From positions 1 to 64,000 of the forward strand of contig CBFFRP010000146.1 in assembly GCA_965644295.1 (NCBI GenBank): a stretch of DNA of 64,000 nucleotides, given 5' to 3'. The translations under genes were made by a program, and so were the position numbers. Below the pieces are notes generated by a model that ran no database searches, was not told the DNA's origin, and worked only from the letters and a program-made list of their open reading frames with translations. This DNA is from Paraphysomonas bandaiensis (lineage: Eukaryota; Protista; Chrysophyceae). Positions 38,172-49,175 of this stretch are shown here, one piece after another (position 1 is the stretch's first letter; each line of letters starts with the position of its first letter).

Positions 38172-38582
38172 CATACATACATACATACATACATACATAC
38201 ATACATACATACATACATACATACATACATACATACATACATACATACATACATACATACATACATACATACATACATACATACATACATACATACATAC
38301 ATACATACATACATACATACATACATACATACATACATACATACATACATACATACATACATACATACATACATACATACATACATACATACATACATAC
38401 ATACATACATACATACATACATACATACATACATACATACATACATACATACATACATACATACATACATACATACATACATACATACATACATACATAC
38501 ATACATACATACATACATACATACATACATACATACATACATACATACATACATACATACATACATACATACATACATACAT
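37604..38582. repeat. ~980-bp (CATA)n/(TATG)n microsatellite
   Basis: Direct reading. Only two 2-nt slips (near 37679 and 38169). Confidence 0.98.
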
Positions 38583-38694
38583 CTAGCTGGATATTGAATC
38601 AAGAGTTGCTGTTAAGAACATATACATCTACATATATATATACCCCCAATCCAAACATGTATGATATCTCATCACCCTAACCCTTATAATAACA

Positions 38695-40198
38695 ATGGAA
38701 GTTATCAATGATATCAATCAACTCCAATCATTCGATGGTAATAAATCTGAAGCAATCACAGCTCTGGAGGTGTTTCTCCATAAGATTCAGTCATTTCCAC
38801 TTAGTATGGATGAAAAAATTAAAATTGAATGTGTTATTAATGATTTTATGTGTCGATATGATATAACTAAACGAGATTATGTATATAAGTTATGTATAGA
38901 TAGACTATCATTCACATACTTACCCGGCATATCAACACTTGACATTAAGACCACAGGTTTGTATACTATACACTGATTTAATGTGTGAGATTGATTGTGT
39001 GTGGTCTTAGAGAACACTCATAAGAACCAGTCACCTCAAAAGGGTGTCAATACGACCACTCCTATGTATAAAACAATGGGCTCCTCGGAAAGTTTCGAGT
39101 GTCATACAGACGATTGTATGGCGGCTCCAACTATGACAGATGCTGAAAGGCTGCGTGTTGCTCTTCTTGCAGCACCTCGCGGGGCGATAATGGAATGTAC
39201 AATACAGAGAAAGAAAACTGCTCTCTGGACGACGTACCGTCTTTTTGTCGACGATATTCGTTCGTCAAGACCACGGAGTGCCAGTTCTGGTGGATTGGAT
39301 CATACTGCCGCAGAAAATAATAGCACGCGCGGTTCTGGTGGTAAAGATGACCTACTTTCACCTGGATTTTTACTGTGTGCTCGTAAACCAATGAGTGGAC
39401 TTTCCTCGCAGTATCACCTTTGGACTTCTCGGGACTCGAGGGACTGGCGAGAAAAGTCTGCGATAGGGAGAGTGACTCGCAGCAATGGAACGTATGTAGC
39501 CCGTTTGCATGAGTCCTCGACGGTTGTTGGTCCAGAGCAGGCATATGTCCACGTGGCAGTGATGAGTGGGGGTCTCGATAAACTCATTCACATTGCTGCT
39601 GCTGCGTCAGTTGCGCATGATGGAGAAAATATGGAGACTGCCGCTGTGGAAGAGTTATTAGTATCAACACTAGAGGTATACGAATGTCAGTAGCAGTGAT
39701 ATACTTCTTTATATGTCGTACATTTTGCGCAGTGCATCACCTCCCGACAGAGCCCCGAGTCATCACCATCAAATGTTCTCGCTCTCAGGAGTAGGCAACC
39801 TCGAAAATCTAATGTTATCACTGGTCAGGAAGGTGATCGACAAGTGTATACAATGTCATTTGGTGGTGGACGCGTGAGAAATCCATCTAGGAAAAATATT
39901 GTTATAGATCGAGTTGAGCCTACAACACAAGACCCGCAGGGCAACGACTGGACGCTGAGTGTGGTCAATGGACCTCCTGTTTTCCAGGTAATATTGTCGT
40001 TTATGTAGTGAGCGGAATGACGGTTCTTTGTAATGTTTCAGCTGGGTAAAATGGACGAAGACCTATTTTCTTTAGACTTCACTGATTTGTCTCCCTTTCA
40101 GGTATGCCTTGCACGTTTGATGCGATTTGTAACTTACTTTACATGAATGCATATATATCCAGGCCTTTTGTATTGCGTTGACAGCATTCGATCAATAA
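38695..40198 (+). CDS. Tubby-domain protein (multi-exon)
   Basis: ECTIQRKK..WTTYRLF, FLLCARK, YTMSFGGGRVRNPSRKNI, VFQ|LGKMDEDLFSLDF..LSPFQ|AFCIALTAFDQ*. Confidence 0.9.
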
Positions 40199-40799
40199 TA
40201 TTGCTTATCGCTTGTTTTTCATCATGGTTTAGCAAACTATTCCCACCGGTTTATTTCAGCACTATCCCTCACTTTATGCCGTCATTGTATTCTGGACTTG
40301 CTGGTGAATATTGGTTTTGATATGTTGTCGCACCGTACGTGTGAAGTATATATGTGACTTTAATAGTATACCTAGTGGGAGTTGGGTTACTATAGTTGTA
40401 ATTAACAAGATATTTATAAACAGCGCAAAATAAAATGATAATGTTTTTCTTAGTAGAGTGTAGCAGTTGCAGCATCTATATATAACCACTATGTTATCTC
40501 GGCTATTCAACTGTCTGTAGTCAGTACAAGGGACATAGAAGATAGATTAATTCGTAATTTGTAGCATGTCCTCATGATGTTGAACACCTAATATATATAG
40601 AAAGTATAGCTGTTCTTAGCTTGCTTGCTGTTAGAGGAAATTGATGAATAGACGATCCCGAATTAACATTAAATCAAACTACGGTTGTTTTAAATCAAAG
40701 GAATTTATACATATATATATATATAGGAAAGTCTGATTATTACATGAGTACGGTTGCTACAGAAACTAGTTTATATGTCTATAGACTAGCTAATAACTA

Positions 40800-41770
40800 G
40801 ATTTGCTATATACTACTAGTGGCGGGCAACCGTCTCGGGACTGCTTGTGCATCGCTGCGAGCACCATGGTGCAACCGTCCCTTGTATTGAGGTTAGTCGG
40901 GGGATCTACCTTTGGGCAATGTGTCTGGCGGGCCTGTGCCATGGATTATGTGAGGGGTGAATGGGGCGAGATGTATATGAGAGTGTAAGTTGGTGGCGGA
41001 GATGGTGCTGGTTGTTGAGTTGGGGTTTCGGCCACAAGTAAGGAGGAGTTGTTTCCGGAGAGGTTGCGCTTGCCTCTGTCGGGTTTGGACTCTTGCAGAG
41101 GGTATCATTCTTGGGGTGGATGTCGCCTGGAGTAGCTGGAGTATTTTTGGTGTCGGGTGAGTATCCTGGGACTGACATTGCTGTGAGTGTGTCGTGACCG
41201 GTGTTGCCGGTGCCGTGTGTGCGTTGTGGTGTCTGAGTCCCCTATTTCAAAGCATGCGGAGCCCTCCATCATATAGGGGGAGCAGGATAGAGGTGATGGA
41301 TTTTTCGAGGGCATAGAACTGATGTTCGAGCAGTGAGCTGGATATGTATCGTCCGAATGCGTCGGCCAATTGTGTGGCAGTAATGTGGCCGGTCCAGTAG
41401 CGCTCAACCTGGGGGGTGTTTGAGTTCCATGCGGCTTTGGCTAGTTTGATTATATGACGGTGTAAAGCCAGGGATGGGGGAGCGTGCGTGTGCGAAGTTT
41501 GTCAAGCTTATTGTGGTGTGTGCTTGGTGGTGGACATCTTCACGTATGTGAATGATGTCAGGGTGAGTGCAGGTGAGAAGCATGTGCGCCATGTTGTCTG
41601 TGGGGTGTGCACAATCTGTGCATGTGGAAGCCGTTGTGTGACCATGCCCGGATTTTCCTTTGGCTCGGTTTCTTCCCATTGCGTAGGATTTGTCCCATAC
41701 GTAAGCCGTCTTGCGTATACGCTCTGAGAGGGAGATGTAGTGTTTGGAGGAGTTATGGGTACGGAGAGGA
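40800..41770 (-). mobile_element. 5'-truncated, frameshifted non-LTR retrotransposon (LINE) 3' remnant
   Basis: Abrupt GC-rich, strand-biased block. VWDKSYAMGRNRAKG followed by CCHC CTDCAHPTDNMAHMLLTC; frameshifted continuation ...ERYWTGH..., typical of LINE ORF2 C-termini. Boundaries approximate. Confidence 0.65.
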
Positions 41771-44275
41771 TGGAGAATGTCAATTGTCCTGGAGTAATCC
41801 AGAACAATATATAATCCCCATATTTCAATATAATAGCTTCAGCAATTGTACCCCTACTATCGAAGGATGCCGAGGGAATATTGAAATTTGTACTAAAATA
41901 TGATGATGAAAGTAGTAGTTGCACCACGCGCTTCTAGTTGTCGTTGTTGCCATCATTAGCACGTCTCTGTTTTAGGCTCCACTGCACAACTCGCCTTCAC
42001 TATCAGATGTGACCTTTGAACTATATCCAGCCAGTAAACACCTGAACGTATTATTGTTGCAAGTTCCTGGTTGTCTGATCTGATTTTGAGAGTTGACTCA
42101 TCATTGTGATTTCCCTAAAAAATATATAATATATAATATTATAATGAAATCACGTACAAATGAATGCTGTCAAGATAGTTTCTGTTCGAAGGTAATATTG
42201 AAGTTGAGTATATATATTGCCTGCTGGTCAATATAGTCATTCTACAGGCGCTCTAATTTTGCATGTGTTACTGCATTAGGGATTAATTCGTTGGTCTACT
42301 TATTATAGAGAGGAGTATCAGGCTATATGGGTCGAGCTGAACTTGGTCTTGTAGCTCAAGGTCAAGAGAGGAAAGAAACGTAATCGGCAGTTCAACTGAA
42401 GTCAACCATCCGGGCTGTTCACCTCTTTAAAACAGAGAGCGAAAGTGGTTGCAGCTTGTTGGTGCTCTTGCTGTGACGCACACAAGCAGCTTTCGTAGCG
42501 CTACATAGTAGGATATCATAGTTAAGCACACTGCTTAGTTAAATTGTTTTGCTACATTAGTTCTGCCTCTCTGATACGCCTACAGTATTTTGGTAATAAT
42601 CAGACATACACTACAATTTAATTATTGCAGCCTTCCAGCGAGCAATTAAATTGCAATTATTACCTATATTTCATGCAATTTATTTAAAATCAATTACAAT
42701 TAGTTGCTGTTCAATTAATTGGTGCGTTTTCAATTAATTGATGCAGGTTGAAGTCTGTTACTTTCTATCTCAATTTTAATTATTGCAATTTACTGCCAGC
42801 AGAACTATCTCAACTGTCAATTACTTCCAGAGGCGACGGTTCATGCGTAGAAAAGCAAGCAATACTCTTGCGCATGATATAATATATCAGTCATGATAAC
42901 AATCTTAGCTCTACTGAACAACCTTTGAACCCTATTGGATGTGTGGCAATTAAATGCCATGCAAGTGCTTCATCATGTTGCTGTAACGAGTTACCTGGTT
43001 AAGACGTGCTCGCTTCTGTTGCCTGATACAATCAATCTAACGTTGCGCTGCGCCGCCATTCTGAATTGGACTCTCATTGTCATCATTTTCTTCATCCTCA
43101 TCGAGCATGAATCAAACCGAAATGCATTTTGGAGGTATTGCTTTGATCTTGATTTCAACCTCTAAGTCCAAGACTTCCATATATACTTCATTTTAATGTC
43201 GAGAAAAGTTCTTTGGTGTCAATGGTTTTACCACGAAAGAAAATGGAAAAGAGCTCGACAGGTTGCTCCATCCATAACCTTACTTTCTCTTCAGAACACA
43301 TTTTCCTACAGGACACTCCCGGCATATGCCAAGTCTCTATTGCAACCCCTTCGTTATTATCATTTCTTGTCTCAAAGAACACTCGTGCAATGACTTCTGG
43401 TGCCAGTTCATTTAAATGGATTATTATTTGAGACTATCCTATGCATATTGTAGTTTTTTATCAATCTTCGATTCTTATTGTAAAAATTGGATTTTCGCAA
43501 TAAAAAATGTCGTTCTAATAGCAATGATTATTTGATGTCCCAATTAATTGATACGTAGCCCTGTGCTGAACCCAATTCATGTCAAAAATTAGTCAAAAAG
43601 TCTTGAAAGAAAACTAATTTCAAAAGAAAACTAATATTATCAGTCAAAATAATAAATAATTAAAGCCATTCAATTTTGAGTTTAATCACTAGTCAGAAAT
43701 TGTACTCGTATACAGCTGCGTATCATCGCAGAACAATGACATATATACGTATCTTAACAAGTTGTAGTAGCATGATCCAATGAACCAGAAACGATATTGC
43801 AGCAAGGTTCAGGTGATGCTCTCAGCACTGACGATTATGGGAGACAACGCTATATTATAGCTATTATATAGGGTATTTCAGCTAAAGTATGTTTTCTATA
43901 TTAAAAATGAAGTGCTTTAAAAAAAACTAAATATTATACCGATTTATTGAAACAAAGCTGGTTTTGTCCCTTTTCGAAGAGTCCACCCATTGGACTTCGA
44001 TGGTGTAGACAATAACCAACACCATAAGTGGCATCTTCACTTTCTTGAATCTTGAAGACAATAATAGCGACAGCTATTATTCTAGTGTTAGTATATCATG
44101 ACACATATATCACATCTGTAGGCAGTATTTAGATAATTAAAGAAAGTATTCTACCTCAACAACAAGCAATTACAACAGAACTCGTATCCACATCTGAAAA
44201 TACATTCATAGGACGAAATATACTATTTTCGAACTATACCTATACAGCAATATTTAACATATATATTGAACAATA

Positions 44276-47200
44276 TCAGTCACCATCAAAAGAGCGCATT
44301 CTCATATCATTCCGCAACGTTTTCCGCCCTTTACTTTGAGCAACTTGATCCGTTGACAATTCCACTGTGCTATCCGAACAGTCGTGTACGATAGAAGCTT
44401 TAGAGAACAAGCTTGGCGGAACACTATCTACTGTTTGCATTGTGAATTCATCAGAAGGTAATTGATACACATCTTCTCCGGGCACACCTGAATCCACTAC
44501 TTGACTACTTAGAGTAGGAATTAATTGTAAGTTGCCGTTTTCCACTGAGTCTACTACTTCTGAAGAGCAATAAACTGTATTCCTAGCTTCCCCATTCCCG
44601 TCACTCTGCTGTGGAACCAATATGGAACTATCACTCCTTGAACCCGAACACTGCAGCCACTCACTACTGGTTAGTCCTTGACGCATCTTACCTAATTGGT
44701 CTACATACTTCCCCCTTGAATAAGTATCATCGCCTCGTCGAGAATAAGAGTTCAACGACGCAGTACTACTTTTTATCACGTCTACAAACGTATTAAATAC
44801 AAGTGGGAGCTCTTTTTTCATGAGAAGAAGTTTCTCATCAGATACCCAAAGCATTGATAAGTCTGTCTTACTTCTATATCCATAAGAGCGTGTCGTGAGT
44901 GAAAGTAGACCATCATACCCAAAAAACTTTCCTTCTTGAATTTCTGCAACGACTATACCATCTTCCATACACTGCCCTATTTCGTCAACAACTTCTGCGA
45001 TTCCACTCAGGATAAAGTAAACACCAGCACTGCCCATTTCTTTACGGTACACATACATCGTCGCCGGGCAAAAACAAGGATCCATCAATGACAGTAGAAC
45101 AGCTAAGACAGTCTCATTTATTTTCAATAGTACAGGGAAAGTTTGAATTGACTCCCTCATCGAAAATAGAATTAATTTATGCCGGATATTATGGGGAACT
45201 TGCAACCATATGCGTAACTCATCGAGACTTGTTCTCCTTTCAATCATATGACACACATGTTTCATGAGGCTTTGACGCACATTCTTCTTTACTCCTTGGT
45301 CACGCAAATATTCTCGAGATATAGACAGCTTCTGATCTTGTAAGCTTTTCCCACCATTTTTGTTGAAGGCATAAGTGCTGACACTTCCTACTATATATGC
45401 AAGAACTGTTGAACCCATTACCATAACGAATACTGAATAAAGGCGCTCGCTATCATTCATTGCTATAATATCACCGTACCCCACAGTCGCCATAGTGGCG
45501 TAAGTCCAATAAACAGCGGCAACATATTTTTTCCATTCTTGATCATTCGTCAGGCCAATATCCGAGTACCAGGTAGGTCCATCAGAATGAAGAGAGGTCC
45601 ACGCCCAAAGACAGGCAGTTAAATGAGTTACAAATCCAAGAAATGCAATCAACCTCAAAATGCGCATAAAGACATCCTCCAAGGCTGCAAAGTTGCCATT
45701 AAATCTTGAGTTGTTGTACGACGCAATTCGTATAAGTTTGGCGACTTTAGCAAGGCGCAACACCTTCAACATACGAAATAGTTTCACCATTTTTAAGGTT
45801 TTAAAAATTTGGAAAACGCTTGAGCTGTTACCATTGTCCGAGAGTCTGTACAGCGGTATAGTAGAAAGGAAATCAATAAGAAACCACGACTTAAGATACC
45901 GTCGTGCTATTGTTTTGTGTACAGTATTGAGAGCATAATCACTTTGTTCGTAGGCCGTGAAAAACGCCAATAAAAGGTCAATAAAAAACACAAATTCTGT
46001 AACGCCGTCTACGGTGGACCATAAAGTATCTGTGCGAAGCCCGAAGCCTAAGCGAAAGGGAATCGTAATCGATGAAAACAGAACTAGTAATACCACTATT
46101 ACATCAAAGAAGCGCTTGCTATTGGACCGTGGATTTATTATCCAACGATCCAACATTTGCTGCGTGCTTTCCAATCCATCCTGCAGTATATCTAACCCAT
46201 CAGCACCGTGAGCTACGACGCGAATAGTTTTATAGAGCTTCACGGAACTATCCTTGTCAATGTGTTTATAATACATATCACTGACTTCACTATGACAAGT
46301 AACAACGCCATCACGAATGACGTAATCCGACATCAGCACAAACCCGGCATCTTTCGGCTTGGATAAATACTGACGCACCAATACTTGAGACTGTTCTTCT
46401 TCAGATGCTCGATTTTCGAATAACAATTTCAGCTGTTGGTTTCTTTCCGCAATTTGTTGAATGTGTGAGTAACTAACCCACAATAAGTCCGTGAATGAGA
46501 CAGAACGATGGGTCGACCACCAAAGAGTTTTGCAGCGCAAAGCCTGTGACAACCCAAAATCGCTCCCATCTGTGTACACCCCGACCAGTACTTCACGACC
46601 CGCGGTTAGGGAATTAGTGACCGTTGCATGCACGCGGCCTTGTGCAACAAAAAAACAGTCCACAAGGAAGTCGCCTTCGGAAACAATAGTTTCATCAACA
46701 TCTGAAAATGTAGGACATACATGAGGTAGGATTTCAGATAGGATACCGTAGTCCTGACTTCGAAATAACTTGATGCCAGATAGGCCACCACGACTTCTCT
46801 CTATTACCATCATTTGCAACGCCGACGGAAGACTATTCAGTAAAGCCTCCTCAGGAAAGCGGGCGAGTTTATCATAATAATACTCATAATGCTGCCATAC
46901 TTTCGCCTTCAGTGGCTTAGGAAGTTTGCGTTCATTCATGTATTCTCGAATCTCATCCATTTTTACTTTTCGGGATGCCTCTCGAGGATCCCAATTTTTG
47001 ACACTCTCAGTAACAGTTGCTACGATAAGTCCAAACATAATCGACCCAATAAACATAACTGCCACAGAAAACAGCCGCCCAGAGTTATTTGATAGATACA
47101 CATCTCCATAACCAACGCTTAGCATTGTAGCTATCGTCCAGTACATCGCCACAAGATACTCAGAGTGTAGAATACCTCTATGACCACAGGCCTTCCATTT

Positions 47201-47857
47201 ATCTTGGGTAGAATCAGAATTGGAAGGGTCAGAACGACAATCCGACAAATAAAAAAACATACAGGACAATAAGTGAGCAATGAGAAATATTTTGCAGAAA
47301 AGTCCCACGAGCTCGAATACAATGGGATGCACCATTTCATGAACTTTAGCCTCTCTCACTTTTCTGTTTAGACGAGCCACCCTGAAAAGTTTCAGAAGCC
47401 TGAAAAGGCGCAAGGCCCTGACAAGTTTAATACTTCTAAGAGTGCCAGGAGCGACACCTTTAACGATAAGTGGAACAATAGAGTCAAATGGAACAGTGGA
47501 AACGAAATCTGGGATAAACCATGTCGTCAAGTAGTTTTTGGCAATATCTTTCAAGTTGAAGTTCAGGCTTCCATCATCCTCTATAGCAGTGAAAAAGGTT
47601 GCACCCATGTCTAATCCGAAAGCAATATCAACTATGAAGTCGAAGACCACAAGTGCACTTCCTTTTTCAACATCAAACCCGAGTCGAAAAGGAATTACAG
47701 TAACACTATAAACTATCAGTAGTCCAACAATACAGTCCCACGCAACTTTTTCTGAGCTTAACGGACTGATAACAATATGACGTGATTCACTACCACGAGA
47801 ATTGCTACTTCCCTGAGAATCATATCCTGTACTGGGATACACTTTAGTAGCCGTCAT
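44276..47857 (-). CDS. Tandem two-repeat voltage-gated K+ channel, EAG/CNG/HCN superfamily (2 x [S1-S6 + C-linker + CNBD]), intronless
   Basis: Two S4 segments (KLVRALRLFRLLKLFRVAR; KMVKLFRMLKVLRLAK), two filters (TMLSVGYGD; TMATVGYGD), two CNBD-like regions. Confidence 0.93.
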   Translation of the reverse strand: MTATKVYPSTGYDSQGSSNSRGSESRHIVISPLSSEKVAWDCIVGLLIVYSVTVIPFRLGFDVEKGSALVVFDFIVDIAFGLDMGATFFTAIEDDGSLNFNLKDIAKNYLTTWFIPDFVSTVPFDSIVPLIVKGVAPGTLRSIKLVRALRLFRLLKLFRVARLNRKVREAKVHEMVHPIVFELVGLFCKIFLIAHLLSCMFFYLSDCRSDPSNSDSTQDKWKACGHRGILHSEYLVAMYWTIATMLSVGYGDVYLSNNSGRLFSVAVMFIGSIMFGLIVATVTESVKNWDPREASRKVKMDEIREYMNERKLPKPLKAKVWQHYEYYYDKLARFPEEALLNSLPSALQMMVIERSRGGLSGIKLFRSQDYGILSEILPHVCPTFSDVDETIVSEGDFLVDCFFVAQGRVHATVTNSLTAGREVLVGVYTDGSDFGLSQALRCKTLWWSTHRSVSFTDLLWVSYSHIQQIAERNQQLKLLFENRASEEEQSQVLVRQYLSKPKDAGFVLMSDYVIRDGVVTCHSEVSDMYYKHIDKDSSVKLYKTIRVVAHGADGLDILQDGLESTQQMLDRWIINPRSNSKRFFDVIVVLLVLFSSITIPFRLGFGLRTDTLWSTVDGVTEFVFFIDLLLAFFTAYEQSDYALNTVHKTIARRYLKSWFLIDFLSTIPLYRLSDNGNSSSVFQIFKTLKMVKLFRMLKVLRLAKVAKLIRIASYNNSRFNGNFAALEDVFMRILRLIAFLGFVTHLTACLWAWTSLHSDGPTWYSDIGLTNDQEWKKYVAAVYWTYATMATVGYGDIIAMNDSERLYSVFVMVMGSTVLAYIVGSVSTYAFNKNGGKSLQDQKLSISREYLRDQGVKKNVRQSLMKHVCHMIERRTSLDELRIWLQVPHNIRHKLILFSMRESIQTFPVLLKINETVLAVLLSLMDPCFCPATMYVYRKEMGSAGVYFILSGIAEVVDEIGQCMEDGIVVAEIQEGKFFGYDGLLSLTTRSYGYRSKTDLSMLWVSDEKLLLMKKELPLVFNTFVDVIKSSTASLNSYSRRGDDTYSRGKYVDQLGKMRQGLTSSEWLQCSGSRSDSSILVPQQSDGNGEARNTVYCSSEVVDSVENGNLQLIPTLSSQVVDSGVPGEDVYQLPSDEFTMQTVDSVPPSLFSKASIVHDCSDSTVELSTDQVAQSKGRKTLRNDMRMRSFDGD

Positions 47858-48788
47858 TCCACATTCATATTAACGACCAGTCAGCTTATAAATATATGAA
47901 CAAATGACAGTAAGTGGCTGTGTATAGATATCACTACCGATATGACTGGAAACAGAGGGGTTGAAGGATGTATAGTCCACTCCAGTCAATGAAATAACTG
48001 GAACAAAGCTTACAATAGTCTGGTGAACTATATATATGTATATGTCAACGAAAGACAGTTACAGATGACATGCTCTGTACTGGGGAGGTAATACAAGATG
48101 ATAGAATTCATCTCTATCTTATTTCAATGTACTTGATAGTCAATAGAATGTAGTTCGAGGGGTCCTAGTGACAGATTTAGGTACGCACATGTCATATATA
48201 TACATACATATGGATGGCACATGTAGGCGCTCACTGTATGTATGTACAGTATGTATGTACATATATACAGCAGTATATAAGCAAAACCGCCTCGGGGACA
48301 TATACACTCTACCACTACGTACATATCCGTATCCGGATACTGGGATATATACACACACTTCATCATATCATTCTTCCCACACTTCTTCCCCCACATCTGA
48401 GAGTATGTGTGTATGTCGGAGGGAATATACAGTGTGTCGACCAAGCAAAAAAATCACCCTTTTTTCTCTTTAGTAAATACAGTTGCTATGAAAAAACGGA
48501 ATATTTCATATACATACGTACAAATATTTTGTACTTTTGAAAAAAACGATCTATATACTTGAATTTTTGTCCAACAATAATTACGAAGTGTTTCTAAATG
48601 TACCATAAGGGCACATACCACACACTGTAATATCTACAGTGCTGTATACCGACCATTCAGCAAGTGAACAAAAAGCAAGTTTGATGCGCACATATTCATA
48701 GTAATATACTGCTATTAACACACTGACCTGAATAGGTTTACTTCATACATACACTAAGGTTTTATTGTACCTCAACCTATTTCTGAAG

Positions 48789-49175
48789 ATGGAAAAACCA
48801 GTAGTTCTCGATTGGCCTGAAGCTATGAATCAGGTTGGAGGCGATAAAGAATTTTTATCAGAAGTACTTCAAGATTTGTTAGACGAAGCCAAAACTGCAG
48901 AGGAGGATATTGCGAATGGAATACAGGATAAAAACTACGACCAAATTATGAAAGCGGCACATCGTATTAAAGGAAGCGCAACTTACCTCGGCTGCGAAGC
49001 TCTGCGTGTTTCATCTTATAATATTCAGCAACTAGGCCTGGAAGGCTTGAATAACTCTGGTGATGGAGAAACGTTGGGGAAAGTTAAGAAAGAGTATAGG
49101 ACTTTTATTACGGCATTAGAGGATTTAAGGGCCGAAATAAAGCAATGGATGGAACAAGAGGGAGGAGGGAAGTGA
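48789..49175 (+). CDS. Stand-alone histidine phosphotransfer (HPt) protein
   Basis: AAHRIKGSATYLG (HxxKGSxxxxG). First ATG at 48789, preceded by a probable 5' intron 48736-48788. Confidence 0.9.
   Translation: MEKPVVLDWPEAMNQVGGDKEFLSEVLQDLLDEAKTAEEDIANGIQDKNYDQIMKAAHRIKGSATYLGCEALRVSSYNIQQLGLEGLNNSGDGETLGKVKKEYRTFITALEDLRAEIKQWMEQEGGGK

Noticed and set aside
38575-38595. CTAG right after the array (and at 20987) as a Helitron 3' end
   Set aside because: Followed by C rather than T, no GC-rich subterminal hairpin, no matching 5' TC end identified.
37539-38602. Long HTYI/MYVC-repeat ORFs (also 20448-21081)
   Set aside because: Stop-free translation of a tetranucleotide microsatellite; no evidence they are genes.
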